Positions 1 to 11,945 of a stretch of 64,000 bases of DNA are shown here, piece by piece. The notes under the pieces were generated by a model, which ran no database searches, was not told where the DNA came from, and was given only the letters and a program-made list of their open reading frames with translations. The translations under genes and the position numbers were made by a program. Source of the stretch: Octopus vulgaris (Eukaryota); NCBI GenBank assembly GCA_951406725.2, contig OX597823.1:31744001-31808000 (forward strand), read 5' to 3'. How positions within the stretch are numbered: position 1 is the stretch's first letter; every line of letters starts with the position of its first letter.

Positions 1-286
1 GTAAGGTGGATAGAGATGTAGTGTAGCTTTAATAATCGTATCTGATCATCATCATCATCATCATTGTTTTAACGTCTACTTTTCCATGGATCAGACAGAA
101 TTCGTTCGGGTAGATTTTCTACTGCTGGATGCCTTTCTTGCCGTCGACCTACACCTGTTTCCAGGCGAGGTATTTTCTTCTAGGGCAGGACATGGAAGTT
201 TGGAAACAAATAGCACCACTAGTATGATGGTGATGCTCGTTTACAACTATCATGAAATATCAAGACAATGACACACTCACGCGCGC

Positions 287-590
287 GTGAAGACGCGTGG
301 TCTAGTGGTTAGGGTGTTGCACTCACGACCACGAGATTATGGTTCTGATTCCTAAACCGACTGTACATTGTGTTCTTGAGCAAAACACTTCATTTCACAA
401 TGCTCCAGTCCACTCAGCGGTAAATGGGTCGCCCTGCGACGGAATACCCTTCCGATCGGGGGTGTGGGGGGATGTTGGCCTGCCCGTCGAGCCAGCGAGG
501 TTACACCAATCGAAAGCTAAAACGATGAGAAGCGCTAGAAAAGCAGAAAATTTGAAGGCAAAAACTGTGAGAAGCATTAATAAGATCATC
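287..590 (+). mobile_element. tRNA-derived SINE with CORE-like domain (family C), degenerate
   Basis: A-box-like TGGTCTAGTGGTTAGG is followed by TGTGTTCTTGAGCAAAACACTTCATTTCAC...CTCCAGTCCACTCAGC, which resembles the CORE domain. Homologous copies lie at 25586, 53372 and 56990. Confidence 0.75.
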
Positions 591-825
591 GATAGACTGT
601 GTGGAAAATGGTTTCTGATTCGTTGTTTCTGTTTATCGAATGAGTGCGTGATCATAATAAGTATTGACGTCATTTGTTTCTGAGCGAACCTTACAACATG
701 GAAGAAAGCTGAGGAAGGAAAAAAACTATCAGGCTTCCAGAGACAAATTATTGTTCTTTTCAAGAAAATTCGCTTTTCACGAATTTCCGCTTTTCTAGAG
801 ACCACCCTGTATGTGTGTATGTGTA

Positions 826-894
826 GGATGGATGGATGGATGGATGGATGGATGGATGGATGGATGGATGGATGGATGGATGGATGGATGGATG

Positions 895-945
<51 letters not shown>
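826..945. repeat. (GGAT)n-(AGAT)n compound microsatellite
   Basis: Read directly from the sequence. Confidence 0.97.
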
Positions 946-1105
946 CAAATTTACATAAAAATAAAAAGACGAAGCTAGGTGTAGGAACAACAAGCAGGTG
1001 TATTAGTTTAACGCTTGGGAAGAGTGGAAAAGTCTTTAACGTTTCGAGCCTACGCTCTTCGACAGAAAGGATTAAAAGGGGGAAAGGATTAAATGGAGAA
1101 AGAAT
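945..1105 (-). mobile_element. Short Penelope-like terminal fragment (HH family 2) with variant hammerhead at 1034-1069
   Basis: The minus strand reads CTTT-CTGTCGA-A-GAGC-GTAG-GCTC-GAAAC-GTT-AAAG. The segment is homologous to 23680-23878 and 41501-41692. Confidence 0.6.
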
Positions 1106-2045
1106 TAAATACACAAACACATACAGACGCGCGCGATGGGGTTTTTTTTTTTCAGCCCGAAGCTATAGAAGGCATGCAATGGGAATGAACATGATACCAC
1201 GTGACTTAACGCCAGAGCAAGACCACCACGTAATAGTACTCCCATATTTTATAACTTCAATAACCACATCTGGTTCTCTGGCATCTCTACTCTATAGTCA
1301 GCTTGTAGAAGAAGAGCCACACAGGATCTTATATATCATTTTATAATTAAACTACCAGCTGCCAGTGTTACTCTAATTTTACAAAATTTTACAAAATCAT
1401 CAGCGGTCTCCTCCAGGCGGATCTATCAAACTCGTGTCAGCTACGGAAAAATTTATGTTTAAACCATGATGGTGGTGGTGGTGGTGGTGATGGTGGCGGC
1501 GGTAGTAATGGTGATGCAGCGAATAAGAAAAAAAACGGTGTCAGCAACCACACCTCTTTTAAGCATGGGAATGGCAAACAAAATAGTTGAGTAATAAAAA
1601 AATATATAATAATAATAATAATAAAAAGCAAGCTAGTATTATTTGCCTCAAGGTTATAAGAGAATGAGGAAGTTGAAGAGTGACTCTTAGGGTTTGGAAT
1701 CTATTTTCAATTGTGATAAAATGGAGTGGAGAAAAGTGTTTTAGTGGTAGTCGGAAAGGGGAGTGGGGGAGAATACTGAAGTGTCACTCAGAAAGGAGAG
1801 TGGAGGAGAAAACTGAAGTGTCAGTCGCTGAGAACAGAGGAATGAATGAAGAAAGTTATGTGTCACTGTGTGGTAGTGGAAAAGAGAGAGAGAGAGATAT
1901 TAGAGCTGTCAAGTGCCACTCAGATTGGGAAGGAGAGAAAGGCACTGAGAGTAGTGAGGGAGAGAGAGGAAAAGGGAGGGAATTTCTAAAGGGGCATGAG
2001 GGAAACGAAAGTTAAATATTATTCTTTTCCTTTTTTAAAAAAATT

Positions 2046-2234
2046 ATTTGTTTCAGTCATATGACTGCAGCCCTGCTGGAGCACCGCCTTGAAGGCTTTT
2101 AGTCGAATAAATCGACCCCCAGGACTTTTTCTTTTAAGCCAAGTACTTATTCTATCGGTGTCTTTTGCCGAACAGCTAGATTACAGGGACGTAAACACAC
2201 CAACACCAGTTGTCGAACGGTGGTGGGGCGACAA

Positions 2235-2300
<66 letters not shown>

Positions 2301-2512
2301 GGGCTTCTTTCAGTTTCCGTCTCCCAAATTTAGTAGAAGGAAACTGAAAGAAGCCCGTCGTGTACATACATGTACGTGTCTGTCTCTCACCGCCGCTCAA
2401 TGACTGGTGTTGGTGTGTTTAAGTTCCCGTAACTAGGCATTTCGGTAAAAGCAAAAAAAATAAAAGATATACATATAGGCAGTAACCCCAGCATAGCCAA
2501 TCTAATGACTGA

Positions 2513-2516
<4 letters not shown>
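2046..2516. mobile_element. Two partial family-A SINE copies in inverted orientation (about 2046-2325 minus, 2326-2516 plus)
   Basis: Both carry the family-A GGAAACTGAAAGAAGCCCGTCG and ...GACTGAAAC motifs, in opposite orientations. Confidence 0.85.
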
Positions 2517-2564
<48 letters not shown>

Positions 2565-2645
2565 CGATCGATAGATAAATATGTATAATATATATATAAA
2601 ATACAAAAAAGGACTAATATATACATACATCATACACACACACAC

Positions 2646-2724
<79 letters not shown>

Positions 2725-2759
2725 TATATATACACACACACACATATATATACACACAC

Positions 2760-2790
<31 letters not shown>

Positions 2791-2797
2791 TATACAT

Positions 2798-2846
<49 letters not shown>

Positions 2847-3355
2847 TATATATATACACACACACACACACATATATATATACACACACACACACACACA
2901 TATATATACACACACACACACATATATATATATACACACACACACACATATATATATACACACACACACACATATATATATACACACACACACACACATA
3001 TATATATACACACACACACACATATATATATACACACACACACACATATATATATACACACACACACACATATATATATATACACACACACACACATATA
3101 TATATACACACACACACACATATATATATACACACACACACATATATATATATACACACACACACATATATATATATACACACACACACACATATATATA
3201 TACACACACACACACATATATATATATACACACACACACACATATATATATATACACACACACACATATATATATATACACACACACACACATATATATA
3301 TATACACACACACACATATATATATATATACACACACACACACATATATATATAT

Positions 3356-3406
<51 letters not shown>

Positions 3407-3445
3407 CATACACACACACACATATATATAACACACACATACACG
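2516..3445. repeat. Long compound (TA)n(CA)n microsatellite with about 22-24 bp higher-order periodicity
   Basis: Alternating (TA)4-6 and (CA)5-7 blocks are read directly from the sequence. Confidence 0.95.
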
Positions 3446-3540
3446 CACGCGCTTGTATGTGTGTGTGAAGAGATAAAGGCGGATAGAGAGATGTAAGAAA
3501 TGAATGTTAACGACCGACTCTCACAATCCCCAAAATACAT

Positions 3541-3760
3541 TTAACTCTTTTGATATCCACCCGACTGAAACGGGACCCGGTTCCAATGATACAAATTCTG
3601 TTCTGATACTATCTTTATAACTTTCATCAAAATTCCACCTTCATTTATGATCCAAACACCAACTTAAATAACGAACAACATAATTTTTACTAAATTGTTC
3701 ATTAGTTTCAAAAATAATTCAAAGACGGGTTTATTTCGAGAGAAATATGGTGGACACAAA
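3541..3760 (-). mobile_element. Degenerate piggyBac-like (TTAA) MITE
   Basis: Reverse-orientation homolog of 58503-58703, starting TTAA-CTCTTTTGATA. Another copy lies at about 14805-15015. Confidence 0.6.
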
Positions 3761-3860
3761 ATTAAAGGCCCCCTCGTTGCACAGAGAAAATCAAATAGTT
3801 TTCTAATAAGGGACCGGCATCAAACATTTAAAATTAGTCCCAACATAAACACACACGTAC

Positions 3861-3916
<56 letters not shown>

Positions 3917-4033
3917 CAGCACTGAGATAGTGTCTAAAGTCCTTCTGGTGACGTTGATCGCCTGGGGCTAAAAGCATCAGTAACACCCCCGCCCCAGTGG
4001 CTAGCCACATTCAGATGGCTAATACCCCTTACG

Positions 4034-4100
<67 letters not shown>

Positions 4101-4601
4101 ATTTACATAACACTAAAAGCTCAATAGGGTCTTTTCGTCCCTTTAAATAATTATATATATATATGTGCCCCAGCATAGCCACAGCTCGTGAGCTGAAACT
4201 AGAATCAATCAATCATATATATACGTATGTATGTATAGAACACGTTAGGTAGGTATGTGTGTTGACTAGATCTGAGCAATAAGAACAGGAAGATGACATA
4301 TTATAACAATGATAATCATTAGTTAATAACAATTGTAGCTGAGTGTTTTTATGTCAGTTAAAATGTAATAAAAATTCCAAGCATAAAAAGCGCAGCTGAG
4401 GACCAAGTGTTCATTTGAAAATGCTCCACATAGTTTTGCATAACAATTATTTTGTGGGATTTTTTATTACATAAATGAATGTTGTATTAAATATTCGCAC
4501 GTATATGTAATCAGTAGTGTGTGTGTGTGTATATATATGATTTTGATTTGATTTTTATTTTTCCAGTTTCAGCTAATGAGCTGTGGCCATGCTGGGGCAC
4601 C

Positions 4602-4640
<39 letters not shown>

Positions 4641-4797
4641 TGAGTTCTTGTGTTTGGAAATTTATCTATGCGTGCGGTGTGTGTGTGTGTGTGTGTGTGT
4701 GTGTGATGACACTCCGTCGGTTGCGACGACGAGTCCGTTGCCCTAACCACTGGACCATTGCGCCTCCACTCTCTATTTATATATTATTGTCTAAACG

Positions 4798-5001
4798 CAG
4801 TGCTTTTCAAAATTTTTTGCTGAAGCGGAACCCCAAGGAAACATTCCACTGGCTCGAGGAACCCCTGTGCAATAATTTAATTGCCTTATGCACACATATC
4901 TGCACAAGAGAATTAAAAATTACTGTCGATTTTAGCATTTTTGTAACTTCTTGCGGAACCCCTGGACTGTACTGGCGCGGAACCCTGGTTGAAAACCACT
5001 G
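4798..5001. mobile_element. hAT-type MITE
   Basis: TIRs CAGTGCTTTTCAA / TTGAAAACCACTG, internal GGAACCC repeats, and flanking direct repeat GTCTAAACG at 4789-4797 and 5002-5010. Confidence 0.85.
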
Positions 5002-5324
5002 GTCTAAACGTGTGTGTGGGTGTGTAAGAGTATATGTATTTACACACGTATATGTGTGTGTTTGTGTGTGCTTATGTTTAAAAAGCAATATCTGCGTGTG
5101 TATGCGTGTTTTGGCTGTTATTCTCCTATTTCACTCCTCTACAATATGCATGTGGTGTGTAAGAAGACACTCCTGACATGTTAAAAGTAGGTTTTTATTT
5201 ACCTCCTTTTTGTAGTGTTTCTTTTTTTTTTATTTTTAGTTTTTTCATAGTTATGTCACGACTTGTAAGCCCCACAACCACCACACCCCATATCCTCTCC
5301 CTCATCCTCTTCCCTAAAATTTAA

Positions 5325-5363
<39 letters not shown>

Positions 5364-5485
5364 CATTTTGTTCTGGTGTCCGCTGAATTTTCCTCTAGAG
5401 AACATTCTTTTATTTGTAGTTTGATCGTAGGTGATCTACTTCTAGCATACGGCTGACCACCTAGTGGTTTTTTAGCCCTTTAAAT

Positions 5486-5528
<43 letters not shown>

Positions 5529-5856
5529 GGCGCAGGCGTAGCTCTGTGGTAAGAAGTTTGTTTACCAGCCACCTGGTTCCGGGTTCAGTCTCTCTGAGTG
5601 GCACCTGTGGAAAGTATTTTCTACTGTAGCCTCAAGCTGACCGAATCTGGATTTGCTGGAGGGGAACTGAAAGAAGCCCGTCGTGGGGGTGAGAGGAGAA
5701 AGACAGACCGTCGCTTGACAACCGGTGTTGGAGTGTTTACGTTCCCGTCACTTAGTGTTTCGGCAAAACGGATCGATAGAATAAGCACCAAGTTTTAAAA
5801 GAAGTTAAAGTGCGGGGATCGAATTGGCTGGAGTCTACTGACCGAAGCAAAAGATA
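5529..5856 (+). mobile_element. tRNA-derived SINE family A
   Basis: Head GGCGCAGGCGTAGCTCTGTGGTAAG...GGGTTCAGTC followed by the family-A body. Confidence 0.85.
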
Positions 5857-5949
5857 ACAGATATATAATCTCTTTCCTCTCCCCACCCCTTTTAAGTGTC
5901 ATCGTCACCATCGGCTCCTCTAACAATATGAAAACAAAATACGAAGATT

Positions 5950-6400
5950 TTTAACTGAAGTGATTTCATGTTGAGTCTTGATTGTGACAGCAAACTATCT
6001 CTAACTCACCACCACCCCTATACATTGCAAATTACGTGACAATGACGGAGCCTCACTACCTGGTCACCACAGATGCTAGAAATGGCAGCTAAGTCTCCAT
6101 ATCACAAATAGGTGGTGGGCCCCAACTCGTTGGATAATGTAGTCCAAGATCCCCTGCACATAACGATGGCTTGGTCACTGCTGGTGTGCCTTTCGTCATA
6201 AAAAAATCGATTCAATCAGGGTGAATTAGGGCTAAAGAAAATCGATGTAGGGATGTCGTCAGGACAACCAATAACTATTGGAAACACCCACCACCTGGGT
6301 CGAGTCTCTACAGGGTCGCTCGACTAGCTAGAAATGCCAACTAATTCTCCCTCCAAAAACCCCACTCTACTCTTTTTTGGTACATGAAAAGGGGGTAAAA
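5950..6400 (+). repeat. Degenerate interspersed repeat family E (two copies)
   Basis: The GCTAGAAATRGCAGCYAA motif also recurs at 29395-29940, 38140-38315 (minus) and about 53780-53840 (minus). Confidence 0.55.
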
Positions 6401-6584
6401 GATACACACGTGTGTCCTGACTCAAGGGCCGAGAGTTTGATAAGTACCAGAAACGAAACTATCAGCTCTTGAGTCACTTTGTAACTTCTGCCGATTAAAA
6501 ATTCGAACAGATATACTCATATAACCAAGTTCGTTCGCTCCTGTTTATTCTAAACACACATTCTAGATATTCTTGATCCATATA

Positions 6585-6920
6585 CCACATGGTTCTGGGT
6601 TCAGTCCTACTGCGTGGCACCTTGGGTAAGTGTCTTCTATTACAGTCTCGGGCCGGCCAAAGCCTTGTGAGCGAATTTGGTAGACGGAAACTGGAAGAAG
6701 CCCATCGCATATATGTGTGTGTGTGTGTTTGTCCCCCTACCATCGCTTGATAACCGATGATGGTGTGTTTACGCCCCAGTAACTTCGCGGTTCGGCAAAA
6801 GACCGACAGAATAAGTCCTGGTTTCAAGTTGTTCGACTAAAGGCGGTGCTCCAGCATGGCCGCAATCTAATGACTGAAACATAAAAGAATGTGAGTATAT
6901 ATGTGCGTGTGTGTGTGTAT

Positions 6921-6957
<37 letters not shown>

Positions 6958-7282
6958 GATATATATAAAAAGAAGAGAATGAGAAACAGGTACGGTAGTG
7001 TGGTTAAGAAGCTTCCTTTACAACCGCGTGATATCGGGTTCGGTCCCACATTGTGACCCTGTGAGTGAATTAGATAGACGAAACTCTGTCGTGTGCGTGT
7101 TTTCCTGCCTTCCAGCTGCTTAACAACAGGTGTTGGTCGTGTACTTAGCAGTTCGGCAAAAGTGACCGACATAATCAATACCAGACTTTAAAAGAAAAAA
7201 TAAGAATTGGGGTCGTATCGATTTGATCGAACTGGACCTTCCGGGCGGTGCCCCAGCGTGGCCGCTGTCCAATGACAGAAAC
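6585..7282 (+). mobile_element. Two tandem family-A SINE copies (6585-6890, 6988-7282)
   Basis: Family-A motifs GTGGCACCTTGGG, GGTAGACGGAAACTG and CCAGCATGGCCGC...GACTGAAAC. Confidence 0.85.
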
Positions 7283-7348
7283 TATACACACACACGTGTG
7301 TGTGTGTGTTTATATATGTACAGAGAAACCTACCTGTTTACATATATG

Positions 7349-7379
<31 letters not shown>

Positions 7380-7921
7380 GAGCCAGAATGTATAATTGAC
7401 TTAAACAGCCTGTCGTCTGCATCCTAAATGAGCTGAGAGAATATTTATTCTAGTTGTTTGTATTTACGAATTCATTCATTTATACCGTCGTCACAGAGCT
7501 TTCACTGTTGACTTTCATTATTATTTTTTTAATTGGCCATTTATAATATAAATTACCTCCAATCTATATAACACATTTCTTTACTGAACAGTTAAGGTCG
7601 CCCACCACCACGAACACATACAAACCCACACCACAACAACTGTAGTTTGCAGTTAGTGTTATAAATACACGAAGGAGTGGGGGGTTAGATATCTGTGTGG
7701 AGCGATGTAATGGTGTAATGTAATAGGTATGCAGGAAGACCATAAGTCAATGATAGTTTGTATGAAACTTAAAACACCCTGTTGTGTAAAATATTGACTC
7801 AGCACTGATTCATGGATTTTTTAAATTAGTCACAGGCCACGGTGCTTTTTATACACACACATACACACACCTCTTTCGCTGATCACACACACTGACACAC
7901 ATACATATATATATATGTTTT

Positions 7922-7963
<42 letters not shown>

Positions 7964-7980
7964 GTTTTTTTTACACACAC

Positions 7981-8024
<44 letters not shown>

Positions 8025-8029
<5 letters not shown>

Positions 8030-8543
8030 GGTTGCTTACCAACCACATCGTTCCGGGCTCAGTCCCACTGCGTGGCACCTTGGGCAAGTGTCTCGGGCCG
8101 ACCAAGGCCTTGTGAATGGATTTGGTAGACGGAAACTGGAAGAAGCCAGTCGTGTATGTGTATGTGTGTATATATATATATGTGTGTATGTGTGTGTGTT
8201 TTTTTTTTACTTGTTTCAGTCATTTTGACTGCGGCCATGCTAGAGTACCACCTTTAGTCGAGCAAATCGACTCCAGGACTTACTCTCTGTAAGCCTAGTA
8301 CTTATTCAATTGATTTCTTTTGCCGAACCGCTAAGTTACGGGGACGTAAACACACCAGCATCGGTTGTCAAGCGATGTTGGTACACACACACACATACAC
8401 GACTAGCTTCTTCCAGTTTCCGTCTACCAAATCCACTCACAAGGCCTTGGTCGCCCCGAGACACTTGCCCAAGGTACCACGCAGTGGGACTGAGCCCGGA
8501 ACCATGTGGTTGGTAAGCAACCCACTTACCACACAGCCACTCC

Positions 8544-8549
<6 letters not shown>
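8025..8549. mobile_element. Inverted pair of family-A SINEs (8025-8155 plus, 8208-8549 minus)
   Basis: The 5' halves are near-identical and in opposite orientation. Confidence 0.88.
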
Positions 8550-8582
<33 letters not shown>

Positions 8583-8630
8583 CAACTACAGAGAGGGTTT
8601 TAGTTTAGATACAATACATACGTAAATAAA

Positions 8631-8757
8631 TTTAATGCTGACTGTCGGAAATAAAAGAGTATTCGATACAAAGTAGAGATTAATATTTTATTTGGGCCAA
8701 GTTAGTCTCTTGCTACTCGGAGTTTCACCTGTCAATGTACAGGGATTTCAATCGTAA
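8631..8757 (-). mobile_element. HH family 5 copy with degenerate hammerhead
   Basis: Minus strand CCTGT-ACATTG-ACAGG-T-GAAAC-TCCGA-GTA-GCAAG...AAATAAAA. About 80 nt downstream align with 27247-27370, but the CUGANGA core is decayed. Confidence 0.5.
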
Positions 8758-8907
8758 CTTATTATTTCACATTAACCTAGACCCCGAAGAATGGTGCGAT
8801 TCCTAGCCTAGTTATTAAGGATGTTGCTTTTCTTTCTTTTTAAGTTGTGGTCGACAAACATTAAATATTCTGAACATATGAATAGGTTATGACTCAATTT
8901 TTTTTAT

Positions 8908-9408
8908 CCAGTTCTATATTTAAGAGATGGGGAATTATTTACATTATTTACATTTGGCGGATATTTGTCCTCATCTTGTTTGTTGTTAACACGACGTTTC
9001 GGCTGATATACCTTCCAGCCTTCACCAGGTGTCTTGGGGAAATTTCGAACCTGGGTTCCCATTCCTAAGGTATTTTTCGATGTCATTATTATTATTACTG
9101 TTCTCATTATTCCGGTCACTGTCTAGAATCGATTTCGGAATCTTGGGGTTAGTAGCCCGCGCTCTTAACCACTATGCCCACGGGCATATGGCATAGAGGT
9201 TAAGAGCGCGGGCTACTAACCCCAAGATTCCGAGTTTGATTCCAGACAATGACCTGAATAATAATCATTGAAAAATGCCTTCGGAATGAGAACCAAAGTT
9301 CGAAATTTCCCCCAAGACACCTGATGAAGGCTGGAGGGTGTATCAGCCGAAACGTTGTGTTAACAACAAACAAGATGAGGACAAATCTCCGCCAAATGTA
9401 AATAATGT
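8908..9408. mobile_element. Head-to-head inverted dimer of a tRNA-headed, hammerhead-containing element (HH family 1)
   Basis: A minus copy at about 8908-9180 and a plus copy at about 9182-9408. TCAA(T)nAT direct repeats flank the pair at 8894-8907 and 9409-9420. Both copies show A-box/B-box-like heads and hammerhead cores. Confidence 0.85.
9316..9361 (+). ncRNA. Minimal type I hammerhead ribozyme motif
   Basis: GACAC-CTGATGA-A-GGCTG-(10 nt loop)-CAGCC-GAAAC-GTT-GTGTT. Stem I is GACAC/GUGUU, stem II has 5 bp, and stem III is reduced to the palindrome ACGU. Confidence 0.75.
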
Positions 9409-9711
9409 TCAATTTTTTATGTTCTTTATCAATTTTGTTAAATAGATATTTTCATTAGATTTCTTTAATGATTTCTTATTGAAAAGAAACGAACGAATTA
9501 TTGCTTTTAAGTCAGTGAAATTTAAAAGTATATTTTTAAGTTTAATTTTAGAAATTTATATGATAAGAGGTCGATAAGTTATCAACGATTCCATGAAGAG
9601 CCTCAATGACATAAGACGTTTGCCGGACCCAGTTTTGAAGGAGGACAGGCGTGCAGTCTCGCCCTCTGCCACCCAAAACCCTCAGGAGTAACAAAAATAA
9701 AAAAATAAAAT

Positions 9712-10148
9712 AAAATACATTGCTCAACTTAGTTCACCAGTTACACATAACTGACATATTTTGTTTAACATAATTTGTAGGTAACTAAAAAATTTTAAAC
9801 TTCGTATACTGGTAGAATGTGTTTATAAAACACCTTTTTCTCTTGGCTTTATTGAGAAAATTCTATAGTTTGTAAGATATTTGGTCTTTAATTTCTTGCA
9901 TTTCGGCAATTTTAACCAATCAATGACCGTCTATTGAGGTGAAAACATTCTGTGCCGTATGAATATGTCCCTCGTTTAAGAAATAGATTGGGTTTATTTA
10001 CATTTGTGAAGAAAAAAGATACTCTTCCCCCCACCTCTAACCCTAACCAACCCTAATCCTAAAATAGATCGATACTAGGGTCATAATTATGGGTGACAAT
10101 TTCATATGACACCGCTAGAAAAAACTGCCGTTCAAACTGAAAAGATCC
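9712..10148. mobile_element. Probable non-autonomous DNA-transposon-like repeat with CCCTAA motifs
   Basis: A short CTAACC run lies near one end and the terminus is ...GAAAAGATCC. The superfamily cannot be determined. Confidence 0.35.
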
Positions 10149-10149
10149 A

Positions 10150-10264
10150 AAAGGTTTTGTAAGGGATTATAATACTATCCATGTATAAGAAACTCACATA
10201 TTTTTTAAACATAATTTTTGACAAAAAAAAAAAAGGGGTTTGTTATACACATTAAAATACGGTA
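10150..10264 (-). mobile_element. Half copy of the Tc1/pogo-like MITE at 25138
   Basis: Reverse complement of 25140-25250, ending ...TTAAAATACGG-TA. Confidence 0.7.
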
Positions 10265-11504
10265 TATCACGTGTGTGTTATGTTTATTCCTCCACCATCG
10301 CTTGACAACCAATGTTGGTCTGTTCATGTCCTTGTAACTTCGCGATATAAAGTCCCGATATAATAAGTATTAGACTTTAAAAGATAAAATAAGTGCTGGG
10401 ATCGTTTTCTTAACCCAAAGACTGAAACAAGCAGATGACAAAATATACGTCCAGAAATGAAAGCTTGTTTTCTTCTGAACATCAAAAACGGTGCGGTGTA
10501 GCATGTGATCTACAGCAACTTAAATCTAGACCAGCTTGTGATTTACACTGAAACTGTTATAAATTTGCAATTGTAATTAGAGGAGTGAGTTAAACAAGAA
10601 GTTCATAGCGTCAGAGAAATTCTACTGCAGCTTCGTCTCGTATAACCTGTGTGTAAAATTCTTTTGCTCTCAACTCGACTTCTTTCAACGGTCTCAGGAC
10701 TAAAAATGTTTAAATCATAAAAGTTTTTTGGGGTTTATATACCAAACCAACCGGAAATCGAGTTAATAGATAAATTTTAAATGTTGATCAAAACCTTGGT
10801 GTAGATCACAAACTATACCATTTGAACAAATGTAAATCACAAGCTATACCAGAAATATATATGTAGATCACATACTACACTGGCACCTCAGAAACTTTCT
10901 AAGGTCATGAAATGCATTTTCTGTAATAGTTTACAGGACGAGGTGGTATTTAAATTTGTGTATGATGAACAGAAGAGAATGCTGATGTTGGGAGCTGCGC
11001 TGCCATAAATATTAATTCCAGAATATCAAGAGTGAACAGCGTCTTCAGTGCAACAGTTCCATGTTATCTTGAGCTACAGAATATCTATTCAAAGAATGAT
11101 TACATGTTTAAGCAAAATATCACGGCAGAATGTGTGAAGACATTGTCCATGCAACGACAAACTCACTGGTCCGACCAGGAAGGGTACTGTGACCTCACAA
11201 AAGGATTAGTTGACTGGTTAATCAGGGATAAACATATTCACACAAATCCCTTTCTTCTTCTTTCTTATATCATATTTTATTCAAAATCTGAAAGCACCAT
11301 CGTGTTCAAAAGATTTTTATATTCTGAGTATTAGAACAAATATTCTATTCTAAAATTGATTCTATAATTATCGATACAATTAGCCAACCAATATCGATAA
11401 GAAAAAAGGGGCATAAAACATTAAAGATTACTCTCTGAATAAGAAATTGCCGTGATTATTTTGTTTATTTCTATTTTTATTGTTTGTTTGTATGTATGTT
11501 TTTT

Positions 11505-11877
11505 TACTTGCTTCAGCCATTAGACTGCGGCCATGCTGGGGTACTGCCTTGAAGAATTTTAGTCGACTGAATCGACCCCCGTTACTTATCTTATTTTAAG
11601 CCTGGTGTTTATTCTATCGGTCTCATTTAATGAACTGCTACATTACGGGGATATAAACACACCAACACCGGTTGTCAAGTGGTGGTGGGGAACAGACACA
11701 AATATAAACACACACACATAACGGGATTCTTTCAGTTTCGGCCTACGAAATCTACTTACAAAGCTTTGGTCGGCCTGGGGCCACTGTAGAAGACACTTGC
11801 CCAAGGTGCCCCGCAGTGAGACTGAACCTGGAACCATGTGGTTAAGAAACAAACTCCTTACCACACAGCCACACCTA
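11505..11877 (-). mobile_element. tRNA-derived SINE family A
   Basis: Full reverse-complement family-A layout. Confidence 0.88.
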
Positions 11878-11901
11878 AACGTTCTTGCAGAGAGGGAGCA
11901 C

Positions 11902-11945
<44 letters not shown>

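Noticed and set aside
1340-1410. Minus-strand CTGATGA at about 1397-1403
   Set aside because: No correctly placed GAAA, stem III or stem I partner was found.
2502-3540. Long ORFs of YI/CV/HT repeats here and at 19743-20351, 23548-25012, 30330-31157 and elsewhere
   Set aside because: They are stop-free translations of dinucleotide and tetranucleotide microsatellites in several frames on both strands.
3955-4035. Possible HDV-like ribozyme (CTGGGGC/GCCCCAG helix, TAGCCA/TGGCTA hairpin, GGCTAA)
   Set aside because: I could not build the P2, P3 and P1.1 nested pseudoknot.
7795-7804. TGACTCAGCA (ARE/AP-1) site, and TGACGTCA (CRE) sites near 666 and 12528
   Set aside because: Short motifs like these are expected by chance and have no supporting context.
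9182-9254. tRNA gene candidates (also 25586-25657 and other SINE heads)
   Set aside because: The acceptor, anticodon and T stems are mismatched and each continues into a repeat body, so these are SINE heads rather than tRNA genes.
10036-10062. CCCTAA telomere-like repeats
   Set aside because: Only a few imperfect units lie inside a probable transposon-like repeat, which is not a telomere.
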